64,000 nt of DNA from Leucoraja erinacea (Eukaryota). Shown here piece after piece: positions 37,296 to 49,755 of the stretch. Under the pieces are notes generated by a model that did not search any database, was not told where the DNA came from, and worked only from the letters and a program-made list of their open reading frames with translations. Both the position numbers and the translations under genes were made by a program. The stretch lies in assembly GCF_028641065.1 (NCBI RefSeq), contig NC_073384.1:65906001-65970000 (forward strand), read 5' to 3'. The first letter of the stretch is position 1, and each line of letters begins with the position of its first letter.

Positions 37296-37887
37296 GGAAA
37301 ACATTTTTATTCACCCTGGAGTCACAGCCCAGTCACAATCCGTGCCTTGGTTCTATCCTGCCTTAGTTTCAGACCCACCCTAGCTTACTCGCATACTGTT
37401 CATTTTCCTCCAGGGAGCTCGCCACATCCAGTGGGACTAACTCCTGCCATCATGCGGTCTGTCACCAGGGGGAGCTGTGCACCAGCTACTTTGCCCAGGA
37501 CAGGGACCTGTTTGGTTGCAGCAACCTCTCCTCAACCTAAAGTGACAGCTGGTCCCGTAATTCTAAGATTTTGTGGGAGGACAGTTAGTAATTTAAAAGG
37601 AGCGGTTACTTTTCATGTAAGCTTTATTTATATACGTTCTACACAAAGGAATTGAAGATGTTGACTTATCAGTCCGACTGTGGTGTAAACTGCCATAAAT
37701 CATTTGGGAGAGGTTAGGAGGACTAAGCTTGGAAAGTTAATGTGTTATTTCTGCTTCTGTTCCTGATTAATTGCTGTACCCTTGTTTTACAATTAAACCT
37801 TTAATTCTGGTTTGTTACTGTTCTGAGATAGAGTATTATTTTATTTTCTACAAAATATATTAAAGCATATTTTATTAAATATATATT

Positions 37888-38062
37888 AGAAACATAGAGA
37901 CATAGAAATTAGGTGCAGGAGTAGGCCATTCGGCCCTTCGAGCCTGCACCGCCATTCAATATGATCATGGCTGATCATCCAACTCAGTATCCCGTACCTG
38001 CCTTCTCTCCATACCCTCTGATCCCCTTAGCCACAAGGGCCACATCTAACTCCCTCTTAAAT
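37888..38062 (-). mobile_element. CR1 3' end
   Basis: Near-identical to 1143-1320. Confidence 0.9.
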
Positions 38063-38609
38063 ATGTAACAGAGATATGAATTCACATTTCTGTTGTAACA
38101 ACCATGTTGTATTAGATTTCCTGTTGAGAATGGAAATTTGCTGTACCTTGAATGGATGCAAAAAGCTGGAGTTCATTCATTTAATAGGTGCTTCATAAAG
38201 CTTTTCCCTTTATTAGTATTCTGCAGTTTATTGTCATTAAACTAGCCTTTCTGATAGCCTTTCATTGATACTAGTGTAAGCTTATATATATCTGATTGTA
38301 TAATACAGTTAGGTATATGTCTAACAGTTTATAATAGTGTGAAATTTTTGTAAACACGAAAAAGAAATCGCATCACATCAACATTTACCAAGATTAATGA
38401 TAATGGAAAGCGTAATACTAAAAATAGGTGATTTCAAAAGGAGATTAAATAAACTTAACTTTACCAGACTCCACTGACATTATCCGGAAACTCCCAGTGT
38501 TTAACAATGCTGTGAAATGTATTAATGGCTGCAAAAGGCCGTTCATAAGCTAATAAACAATCATAAGCTGCAAGAAAGAAATCTGCTAATATATGTTGAA
38601 AACTCCTTT

Positions 38610-39555
38610 AGGGGCTGTCCCACTTGGGCGACCTGGTGAGTTTAGAAGAGTTTGAAAAAATGACATGTTGCAGACCTCCTTCGACTAACTTCATAAGATA
38701 ATGTTAATTATTACGACTAACTTCTGGAAAATTGGACACCGAATGGTGGAGAGTGAAGACGACCTCCCTTCGATCTCCTTCGACCTCCCTTCGACTATGT
38801 TGAAGACTATCTACGACTACCTACGACCTACGACTAACAACTAACCTACTCAGCATATAGTCATATGCTGAGAGAATGGAGCAGCTGGGCTTGTACACTC
38901 TGGAGTTTAGAAGGATGACAGGATACCTTATTGAAACATATCAGATTGTTAAGGGTTTGAACATGTTCCCGATGTTGGGGGAGTCCAGAACCAGGGCCAC
39001 AGTTTAAGATAAGAGGTGAGCCATTTAGAACGGAGACGAGGAAACACTTTTTTCACAGAGAGTTGTGCGTCTGTGGAATTCTCTGCCTCAGAGGGCGGTG
39101 GAGGCCGGTTGTCTGGATACTTTCAAGAGAGAGCTAGATAGGGCTCTTAAACATAGCAGAGTCAGGGGATATGGGGAGAAGGCAGGAACGGGGAACTGAT
39201 TGGGGATGATCAGCCATGATCAGATTGAATGGCGGTGCTGGCTAGAAGGGCCGAATGGCCTACTCCTGCACCTATTGTCTATTTTCAATTGACCTACTAC
39301 AACCTACATCGACTAAACCTATGAGTAGAAAAAGTTTCAATTTTTTTCATGGCGACCTTTTTATACTCGCGGGCATTTTTATTGAAAAATACACCACGAC
39401 ATAGCTGAGGGCTCGAGTATACGGGGACCACTCTCGAGCATGAAGGAGAGTTACAAAGACCTACTACGACCATCGTGTCGACCATGCTGCGAGTATGAGT
39501 CGAGGGCAAACTCGCCAGAACTCGCAGATTTGTTCGTCCAAGTGGGACATGCCCT
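38610..39555. mobile_element. Harbinger-like MITE family A interrupted by CR1 (~38850-39290, plus)
   Basis: Both TIRs present; body matches 14452-15013. Confidence 0.85.
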
Positions 39556-39700
39556 TTACTAATTCAGTAATAAGAGTGGAGTCATAAAACTTGATATATT
39601 TCAAATGATAATGATGCATTTCAACTCTGCATTTTTTCAGTATATCAATGTTAGCTATGTCTTAGGTATGATTGATACAAATACATCGATAGATGCTCCT

Positions 39701-39775
39701 AAACAGATCATCAGTGATGTAACCTGGGGTCATTGGGTGTTTCGGGTCTTTCAACATCAGACACCCTCACCCAGG
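39701..39775 (-). ncRNA. Rearranged (non-circularly permuted) hammerhead ribozyme motif
   Basis: GGGUGUC^UGAUGU-UGAAA-GACCC-GAAACACCC ... ACAUCA-CUGAUGA; stems I and III perfect, stem II weak in this copy. Confidence 0.7.
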
Positions 39776-40405
39776 CGACTCAAGCCGTGGTTGATTAGAC
39801 CATGACTTGGGTTCAGGTGGCATTTGCTCCTGCCCATGGACCTCCTCTCCTGATCCAGAGCCATCTCGAGGCCTTCTCCGCTGCCTCGGTGATGTTCTTC
39901 ATGGCCCTTCTCCTCTCCCTTCCGTTGATGCCCAGTGCACTCAAGGCTTTGGAGAGCGACTGCCCTGCAAAACCTCTGCGGCCAACCTCGATGGGCATAC
40001 ACCTCGCCTTCCAGCCCTGCTTACGGCAGTCTATGACCAGCTCTTCATATCTGGTCATCTTCCTCTCGTGGGCCTCCTCCAGACGGTCCTCCCACGACAC
40101 TGTCAGTTCCAACAAGACAATGTTTTGGTGACCTCTGAGACCAGGGGGATATCTGGCCTCAGGGTGGTCGTGGAAATGTGCTGTGGGAACCTCAGCTGTT
40201 TCACCAGGTCTACAGAAAGCTGCCAGTCCTGCGCAGTCGCCAGGATTCCTGACGGATTCCTGGCTGCTGTGGTTCTTGGCAGCTGCACTGCGGCCTTCAC
40301 GAAGGTGATCATCTGGGTGGTGGGGCGGTCTCGTCTACAGCTGCTGATTCCAATGCTGATGGCTTCTGCAATGGGTTTGAGAACATGGTCGCGACGCCAT
40401 GGGTA
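39708..40405 (-). mobile_element. HERO-like non-LTR retrotransposon 3' part (restriction-like endonuclease)
   Basis: WRRDHVL, LRPDI, ELTVSWEDRLEEAHERK, IEVGRRGF, AEKASRWLW motifs; frameshifted. Confidence 0.85.
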
Positions 40406-42047
40406 TGTAATATAATATTTTCTATTGTGTGGCGTTCAGTTGAATATTGGAAATGGCTTTTAAAAATGGTCAGGTTAAAAATAATAATGCGACTTCTGTT
40501 TTCTAATAACTCTTTAACCAAACTTCATGGGATGTGGTCATTAGCTGAAATAATTAACATTATCTTATGAAGTAATCTCAGGCAAATGGGCACACAGTCT
40601 TCTTGAGAATTTGTTTTACTGTTCAAAAGGAACTAGCTAAACTACAAAACCAAGCCTTAAGACAGCCGATAGTGAAAATATAATGAAAATGACAATGGAA
40701 AACGTCAAACATATCAAGCCACGACAAATCACCTTCCTTCAGATCTTCAATCAAACAAAATCAAATTATGTATTCTCACTTCAAAGAATGTACCTTGGAA
40801 GAATATTAGTAATATCATCCTTTGACCTACACAGGGAAGGTACTGATTCATTGCCACAGATCTTCTTTAGGCACTTGTGTAATAGTGATCCTTCATTTCT
40901 TTCTTTGACCTCTAAGAAGTAATGGTGATTGGAATAGTGTACTCAAAGTGATTTGGGAATTAACTTACAAAGTGATGCTTCAGATGGTTACCAACAACTG
41001 ATTTTGTATGAATTAAATTATTCATTCTAGATCCAGTCAAGGACTTTTAGGAGTTTAACTGTCAACAAACAAGGAAAGATCATGACTTGTTGGCACATTT
41101 GCCGTCGATAGCTATTCTGAATATGATTTAGTGCCTGACTATATGGTAATATGATCAACTGCTATATCTTATGCTGCAAAGTGTGCTGTCCTGATCGTTG
41201 CAACCTGCATAACTGGAAGAACAAATTACCTAGTTTGGTTGTAACTGTGTGGTGAGAACTGGCAGGTGGTTAAAAATGTACCACAAATATTCAGTGGCAA
41301 TTCCATACTCTGGAGTTTTAACCTTCTCTTCCAAAGGAGCCACATGGACCTTGATCTGCTCTGGGGTTCTGTTTTAAATATGCGGACGGGCCCAGTGATA
41401 TAATTTGACCTTGAATGCTTTTATAACTGCCGTGTTATTCTAGGATTTCAAGAGTGACAGCCACCGTATGGATTGCACCCCAGTATGGCTCAGCAGTGTT
41501 TACAAATTATTGGGATAAAATGGTTTGCAACCACAAATATTGTCCTGTCTGCTTTGTTGTTTTTATGCAGGTCCAGATTAAAAATGGAGTAAAGTGTTCA
41601 CTAATACATGACAGATATTTCTAAATATTCCAGAATTATTAAATAATCATATTTCGACATATATTTGAATAAATTAAAGGCTCTTAAAGGAAAGTACAAA
41701 AATAAATACTGTTTCTCATAATGGGTTTTCCTCATTTTCTTCTTAGAGCACACAGCTTGAGACAAAAGGAAGTCAATGTATCCAGTAGATAGTTCTTTGT
41801 AGATTCCTCTTGCACATGCCCTGTTCAAAAATCTCCATTTTAAAAATTGGTAGAAAATTTGTAAGTACATTCGATGGCTTTTCCAGGAAACCAACAATTT
41901 TTAACAATCCCTTGGTGTCTGTGATTCTACTTTAGATATCAGATAGAAACAGGACACACAGCTCCATTAATGCAAAGAATTTGAGTTGGGCAGAAGATGT
42001 TGTGATGATACTGAGTGAACACTTTCTGGAGTCCTAAGGTTAAGTTA

Positions 42048-42628
42048 AGGGGTTGTCCCACTTGGGCGAACTAATTGGCGAGTTTAGAAGAGTTTAGGGG
42101 AGTTTGAAAAAAATGTAATGTTGAAGACCTCCTTCAACTATGTAGAAGACCTCCTTCGACCTCCTTCGACTATGTTGAAGACTAGCTTCGACTAGCTACG
42201 ACTAGCTACGACTAACTTCAGGAAAATTGGACATCGAATAGTGGAGTGAAGGCGACCTCCTTTCGACCTCCCTTCGACTATGATGAAGACTATCTTCGAC
42301 TAACTTCGACTACCTTCGACTACCCTCGATTACCTACGACTAACATGCCGACCTACTACGCCTACTATGACCTACTACGACTAAACCTACGAGTAAAAAA
42401 AGTATCAATTTTTTCCATGGCGACCTTTTTTTACTCGCGGGCATTTTTCAACATGTTGAAAAATACGCCGCGACCTAGCTGAGGCCTCGAGTACACGGGG
42501 ACTACTCTCGAGCATGAAGGAGAGTTACAAAGACCTCCTACGACCTGGTGGCGACCATGCTGCGAGTATGAACCGAGGGCAACCTTGCCAGCACTCGTGG
42601 ATTCGGTCGGCCAAGTGGGACAGCCCCT
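42048..42628. mobile_element. Harbinger-like MITE, family A
   Basis: TIRs present; TTA TSD. Confidence 0.9.
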
Positions 42629-42960
42629 TTAAGATATCACGTTGTATCTGTTCGGAGTATTTACAAGTACCCCACTTTAGGGAGATTATTCTGTATCAAC
42701 CTATATTTCAAAGACTAAGTTACGTTATTATCTGAGTCTCTTTTCCTGAAGGGGTTTAGCTACAAATAGCCACTATTTTGAGCAGTGGGTCCACCCACCC
42801 TCCATACCAAGGAGGAGATAATTCCAGCTATTGAAGCAGTTTCAACAGTTTTATTTTCAAATGAAGCATGTTTAATTCTGAGGCATCATTTCTAACAGAG
42901 ATTACAATTTACAATGGATTTCCAAGGCACAAGTATAATTCTTACAAAAGTAGAAAAACA

Positions 42961-43240
42961 TTAGTTTAGTTTAGTTTATTGTCACGTGTACCGAGGTACA
43001 GTGAAAAGCTTTTGTTGCGTGCTAACCAGTCAGCAGAAAGACAAGACATGATTACAATCGAGCCATTTACAGTGTATAGATACTTGATAAGGGAATAACG
43101 TTTGGTGCAAGGTAAAGCCAGCAAAGTCCAATCAACGATAGTCCGAGTGTCACCAATGAGGTAGATAGTAGTTCAGCACTGCCCTCTGGTTGTGGTAGGA
43201 TGATTCAGTTGCTTGATAACAACTGGGAAGAAACTGTCCC
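42961..43240 (-). mobile_element. Rex1/Babar 3' end
   Basis: TTTCACTGTACCTCGGTACACGTGACAATAAAC(TAAAC)n on the minus strand. Confidence 0.8.
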
Positions 43241-44139
43241 TGACATACCAGTGAGTTGCAGATAGACAAGTCGTCTGCCTCAGAAAGGATGTTTAGGGAA
43301 GAGGTTCCCCTTGGACCGAGGTTGAGGAATGGATTCTGTGTCTTCATCCCTGTAACTCCTGACCCCCACCCTTCTTGTCATCTACCATTCATGCTGTTTT
43401 TTCTAAAGTTGACATCATCTGCATGTGATGTTTTGCAGCCACATTGCTTGGGTTAGATGATTGGAGTAACTTAATGAGATCTGCATGTACCAGCTTGATC
43501 CTTTTGATCATGTCACAGTCTTAATTAGGTTAATGTGGACCGTATTGTTTGGGTCAGGAGGGTGAAAATCTTATGTCTATCATGGTTAATATTGTTTCTC
43601 TTGATCATATCAAGAGGATGGGCAAAATATACTAGTTAGATGTTTAGCTAAATTAATAGTACACATCTTGAATCTCGTTCAGCTTGTGCTGCTGTATGAG
43701 AAAGCTGAGGATAGCAATAAGCTTTACGGGTCTGGTCAACGAATAGCCTTTTTGGGCTTAGAGAGTGAATATCCATCACAATATCATAGAACTGATGTGC
43801 AAAGAAGGGTGCTTGTGCTGTGAGACTTGAGGGAGCTACTTGAGCAAAATTCTAGGAAGATGGACGACCATTTCACACGAGTTGTATTCTAGGCACCATT
43901 CCGCATGTGTGCTGGGCAAAGTGTGTCTAATGGAGCTGCGTATAGAAACAGGGACAGTGGCTGCCTGGGTCATTTTCACCTTTGTCACTGCGTTCAAACA
44001 GCCCTCCACACTTGATCACCAAAATTCAGGCTGAGAACAGATGCTGCATTGTTAAGGTTCTATAACTCGGAGACCCCAGTTGCTTGTTCAAATAAGAGTA
44101 AATAACGATTTTTAATAAGGAGAGCTGGAGAATTATATT

Positions 44140-44470
44140 TAGAAAGGTCCCGGCCCGAAACGTCACCTATCCACATTCTTCAGAGATGCTGCCCGACCTG
44201 CTTAGTCACTCCAGAACTTTGTGTCTTTTTCTTTGTAAAACAGTATTGCAGTTCCTTGTTTCTACATATCTCTGATTATCTTTAGTGGCCGGAACAATAC
44301 TTATTCCTCAATCGAAGTTTCTAAAAAGAGTTATCCTGTTACTATCACACTGCTATTGTGGGAGTTACCTGTGCAAATCTTGCTAGTACGTTTACAGTGG
44401 TGACTCCATGGTAAAGCTGCTGTAGAGTGTTTGTTCTAGAATTGTACCATGTAAATACAAATCTTAATTC
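44140..44470 (+). mobile_element. PLE pLTR fragment followed by a DeuSINE-like relic
   Basis: CCCGAAACGTCACC..; TTATTCCTCAA..TATCACACTGCTATTGTGGGAG. Confidence 0.6.
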
Positions 44471-44584
44471 CCAAACAGAATGAAATCAAGTACCAATGCA
44501 TCAGTCAGCACAATCTTCTGATCTAGGTATTGCCCATATTTAAGCATTTTTTAAAATGAAACTGAAAGTTGTCTGCACTGTTAT

Positions 44585-45000
44585 ATAATACGATACGATA
44601 CAATAGAACTTTATTTTTTCCCAGGAGGGAAATTGATCTGCCAACAGTCACAAAACACAAGATACATGAAATTAAAATGACGAGTGAAAAGGATTGGGGA
44701 TGCGTAAAGATTTGGGGGGTAGGGGCGGGGGAGGGGAGTCAGTCCACCCCACGACAGAAGGGGGAGGAGTTGTACAGTTTGATGGCCACAGGGATGAAGG
44801 ATCTCCTGTGTTGTTCTGTGCTGCATCTTGGTGGAATCAGTCTATTGCTGAAGGCACTCCTCAGGTTGACCAGTGTGTCATGGAGGGGGTGAGCTGTATT
44901 GTCCAAGATGCTCCACAGTTTGAGGAGCATCCTCCCCTCTAAGACCACCTCCCATGAATCCAACTCTGCCCCCAGGATGGAGTTGGATGATCCTGTTGCC
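44585..45000 (-). mobile_element. Rex1/Babar 3' portion
   Basis: ILDNTAHPLH..RRSFIPVAIKLYNSS. Confidence 0.85.
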
Positions 45001-45497
45001 GTCCGCAGCCTTTGTCCTGTTTTGTAAGCCACAGTGCAGTTGGAAGATGGGGACATTGGTGGCTGGACACAGATTTTTTGTGATTTTTTTTTCTTTAGTT
45101 ATCTAACTCAACGCTGTTTTATGTGTAATCCAGACTTTTGTACAGAGGCAGGATGTGGCTGAAGGAAACAGCACACACGGACATTCTGCAGCTGATCAGG
45201 CTCAGGACCAGGATGGTGGTGCAGGCACCAGTTTACCATTGGGTGGAATTTCCACCAGTCTTGCAGCAAGGAATCAGAAGACAACTTCAGTGGGGAAGGC
45301 TGCAGATGAATGCTAATGGATAGACATAATAAAATGCTCATGACACTGAAACGCTAAAGAGAAAGTGTGTTTAATGTCTGGGAGCATGGATGAATCTGGC
45401 ACCAGTTAGCACAGAACTGATAAGAATCCTTTCCAGTATATTAGGGAGGACAAACATGCCACAAACAGTCACGGTGCAGTCTGTTGACACATGTCTT

Positions 45498-45915
45498 CAG
45501 GTCATAAGGTCATGTAATCGGAGCAGAATTAAGTCATTTGGGCCATCAAGTCTACTCCGCCTTTCAATCATTGTTGATCTATCTCTCCCTCCTAACCCCA
45601 TTCTCCTGCATTCTCCCCATAACCCCTGACACCCGTACTAATCAAGAATTTATCTATCTCTGCCTTAAAAATATCCATTGACTTGGCCTCCACTGCCTTC
45701 TGTGGCAACGTATTCCACAGATTCACATAATCACCCTCTGACTAAATAAATTTCTCCTCATCTCCTTCCGAAAGGAAGTCCTATATTCTGAGTCTATCTA
45801 TCCAAGCCTTTCACTACTCTACATTTCAATGAGGTTCCCTCTCATTCTTCTAAACTCCAGCGAGCACATGCCCAGTGCCGTCAAACGCTCATCAAATGTT
45901 AACCCACATATTCTT
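45498..45915 (-). mobile_element. CR1 3' fragment
   Basis: ERLTALGMCSLEFRRMRGNLIE. Confidence 0.85.
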
Positions 45916-46266
45916 GGATTTCCTAATTCTGCTCCTATTAGACCATGTCTGGGATCAATCGGTATGTCAAGAAGGCTTGAAATCAACAAATTGCCCACCA
46001 CTCCCTGTCAAATCAGTGATACAATCTTGAATCAATGATACAGTCAGTGATAGAAATCCATGAGTAGCTGTTATGGATGTAGGCATGTGCCCCAATACAA
46101 TCTGGCGTTCAAAATGGACTTGTACTACCCAAATAGCAAGTGTCAAACGTTCTAGGTTCCTTCCTTTTGTATGTAGAACATCAAGAGAACTTTGGCACAG
46201 TTAATGTAAGCAAGAAGCTTAAATGGTGAGATCATTTATCAGTTTTAGCTCTGTGCTCAAGACTCA

Positions 46267-46558
46267 AAGCACTGTCCCACAGTACGAGTTCTCCCGAGTT
46301 TGCCCTGATTCGAACTCGGAGATTTACGGTAATGGCCACTCGTCGGTACTCGGGGCTCTCGAGGACATTTTTTATCATGTTGAAAAATCTTCATGAATCT
46401 TCCCGTGCTTACCTGCCGTTAGCGAGTCTTCCCGAGTACCTGCCGTTAGCTTTACGAGACGTCCCCAAGCTCCGATGTACCCGCTACGTTAATTCTCCGT
46501 GCTTACCACGAGTTTGAATTGAGCTCTCGGAATGAACTCGTGCCGTGGGACAGGGCTT
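46267..46558. mobile_element. Harbinger-like MITE, family B
   Basis: TGTCCCAC TIR core; body matches 22540-22855 inverted. Confidence 0.85.
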
Positions 46559-46929
46559 TAAGAGTATGGATAATAAAAAAATAGCATTAATGCAGCAGCT
46601 TGCTCAAGTGGTGTTGAGATTGAGATATGTGTTTGTGGCACTGTAGGGGCCATCTGTTCATCACGTATTATGAGTGCATTTATCCTTATTGAAATAGAAA
46701 TAAATGCAAACTGATGCAATATTCACCAACATAAAACCATCAAGCAACATATATCCACTAATTTTCATTAAACACTGCCTGACTATAGGAAACTAATATG
46801 TCAAGAAAATGACAGTTTCACTGCATTTCAAATTTTTCCTTCAATGGCAATAGTGGTAGCAAATACACTGGTAATACATTTGACCTGAAACAAATCCGAC
46901 TGGATGGTAACATTATAATGTTGTATAAG

Positions 46930-47153
46930 TGCAGGAAGGAACTGCAGATGCTGTTTTAAACCGAAGATAGACACAAAAAACTGGAGTAACTCAGCCGGTC
47001 AGACAGCATCTGTGGAGAAAAGGAATAGGTGCCATTTCTTCAGAAGAGAACAAGGCCAAGTAGAGAAGACTCAACACAAAACGTCACCTATTCCTTTTCT
47101 CCAGTGATGCTGTCCGACCCGCTGCGTTACTCCAGTTCTTTGTGTCTATCTTT
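46930..47153. mobile_element. PLE fold-back
   Basis: Inverted arms GGAGAAAAGGAATAGGTG / CACCTATTCCTTTTCTCC. Confidence 0.8.
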
Positions 47154-47649
47154 GATGATGTACGTATATGTATCAGCTATTGCGGCATTTGCATAAGGAA
47201 CACTCACCATCATTAGCTGTCATTGCATGGCCTAGCAGTATGATGTGACATTACCCATTCAATCGATGATCAGTGTATCTTTGCACTGGAGAAAATGAGG
47301 CCTGCCATGCATGGGGATAACTTGTCATACATATTAAATATGAGGCCCCTTATTCTATCATATTCAAATGTGCTAAAATGTGGTTACCTTGGTTTGTAAC
47401 TGATCTATCAGTCGAGAACAAATTCATAACAGTTCACTCATAATTCATTAAGAAATATTTAGGACTCATAATAAGACCAAAACACAGAACCAATATATAA
47501 ATTGATAGATTTGAGAATTTTAACATGTAGTTCAACAGGCTAGCATTTATTGCATAATTAATCTATTTCATGGATGCTTTACTTATGTTCTTTGATGGGT
47601 AACTAGGGACTTAGGATAAAGCCCATCAGTGCCTCTACTTCCTTAGAAG

Positions 47650-48400
47650 ACTGAGGAAATTCTGTATGTTGACAAAAACTCTCTTGAACGTAGCTCGAAT
47701 GCCCAGGAACGAAGAGGATTGCACCAAGTGATGAACGCTGCCCAGTCTATCACATATACTGATCTCCTTGCCACCGGAGGCATCTACTGGAGTTGCTGCT
47801 TCAATAGGGGCAGCTGGCATCATCAGGGTCCCACACCACCTTGGCCACGCTCCCATTTCACTCCTGTCATCAGGAAGATGGCCTGAAAACTGTACCATCC
47901 AGGTTTAGGAGCAGCTTCTTCAGAACAACCATCAGGCTATTAAACAATACAAACTTCAAATAAACTCCACGCTACGAACTGCCTCCATTGCACTACTTGC
48001 TTTATAATAATTGCTTTATAATAATAAAATTATTTGTATAGCACATTTTTAGTCAACTTGCATTGACCCCAAAGTGCTTCACATAATTACATTACATTTA
48101 CACACAAGCAAAGGTGGGTGAAGTGTCTTGCCCCAAGGACACAATGACAGTATGCACTCCAAGCAGGATTCGAACCGGCTACCTTCCGGTCGCCAGCCGA
48201 ACACTTAGCCCATTGCGCCATCTGTCGTCCCGCACTATATTGCACTATATTGGTCATTATTGTTATATCTTGAACTTTCTTTTGTTGTCACTATGGTGTC
48301 TATTGTGCACTATGTTTACATATATGTTGTACTGCAACAAGTGAGAATGCCATTGTTCCATTTCGGGACATATAACAATAAAACACTCTTGAACCTCTTG
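47650..48400 (+). mobile_element. Rex1 3' fragment interrupted by a SINE
   Basis: Degenerate C-terminal DNA and CATTGTTCC..ACAATAAAACACTCTTG tail. Confidence 0.65.
48013..48231 (-). mobile_element. tRNA-derived SINE with L2-type tail
   Basis: A box TGGCGCAATGG, B box GGTTCGAATCC; tail AAGCACTTTGGGGTCAA..TGTGCTATACAAATAA(TTA)n. Confidence 0.85.
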
Positions 48401-48519
48401 AAGCATCACATGACTATTAAAGGAAAGTATTGAGGAAGGTAACTTGTTTTAGCTGATTATTACTTAATCTAGTCCAGATTCGTTTTATATAACCAGGCCT
48501 AACTTGTTTAACTGCCATA

Positions 48520-48940
48520 ATAACCTTTTCACACAAAGGGTGGTGGGTGTATGGAACAAGCTGCCAGAGGAAGTAGTGGAGGCTGGGACTATCCCAATAT
48601 TTTGGAAACAGTTGGACAGGTACATGGATAGGACAGCTTTGGAGGGATATGGAGCAAACATGGGCAGGTAGGAATACTGTAGCTGGGACATGTTGGCCGG
48701 TGTGGGTAAGTTGGGCCGAAGGGCCTGCTTCCATGCTGTATCACTCTATGACTCTAATTCATCATCAAACTCACTTTTCAAATCATCCTGTGGAAATGAT
48801 GACTAGTATAGTTCTGAAGAAGAGTCTCGACCCGAAATGTCACCTATTCCTTCACTCCATAGATGCTGCTTCACCCGCTGAGTTTCTTCAGCATTTTTAT
48901 CTACCTTTGATTTTTCTGGCATCTGCAGTTCCTTCTTCAA
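48520..48940 (+). mobile_element. CR1 3' end (48520-48756) and PLE pLTR with hammerhead (48814-48841)
   Basis: Matches 24455-24710; CTGAAGAAGAGTCTCGACCCGAAATGTC. Confidence 0.8.
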
Positions 48941-49334
48941 CTATTATAGTTTTTATTTGTTCATGAGATCTTTATGATATGGGATGTTCCATCAATAATG
49001 CTCGCCACTTAATGAAATTGCTGTGGGGGTGGGTGTGACTTGGTTTACATTGCTAATTATTATGTATCCTGCCCAATACAGAATTGCATTTACATTAAAA
49101 ACTGTTTTTGATTATCTATTAGTACAAAATATCTGAATTTAATTTCAGTCATGAGTCAAATGTGTAAGAGTTTGTGACACAGTTCTATAATGCTGAGGCA
49201 TCGTGTGGATCATGGGTAAGTTATTTCCACTCATGGCTAGGACAATCACTAATTGGTGGGATTAGAGCTAAAGCATTCCATAGACAGTTTGGAGACTGAG
49301 GTGGGAGAAATTGAAAAGATTGGGATTAAAATCT

Positions 49335-49755
49335 ATGCTGAGCGTTTGACGGCTCTGGGCCTATACTCGCTGTAATTTAGAAGGATGAGAGGACACCTCA
49401 TTGAAACTTACTGAACAGTGAAAGGTATGGGTAGAGTGGATGCAGAGAGGATGTTTCCACCAGTGGGAGAGTCTAGGACCAGAGGGCACAGCCGCCAAAT
49501 AGAAGAACACATCTTTAGAAGGGAGATGAGGAGGAATTTATTTAGTTAGAGCATGGTGAATCTGTGGAATTCATTGCCACAGACGGCTGAGGAGGCCAAG
49601 TCATTGGGTATTTTTAAAGCGGAGATTGATAGGTTCTTAATTAGTAATGGTGTTGAAGTTGATGGGGAGAAAGCAGGAAAGATAGATCAGCCATGATTGA
49701 ATGGCGGAGTAGACTCAATGGGTTGAAAGTCCTAATTCTGCTCTTATGATTTATG
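49335..49755 (+). mobile_element. CR1 3' fragment
   Basis: RT C-terminal DNA plus GATCAGCCATGATTGAATGGCGG 3' UTR. Confidence 0.85.

Noticed and set aside
39807-40415. 202-aa plus-strand ORF
   Set aside because: Antisense shadow of the HERO-like endonuclease frame
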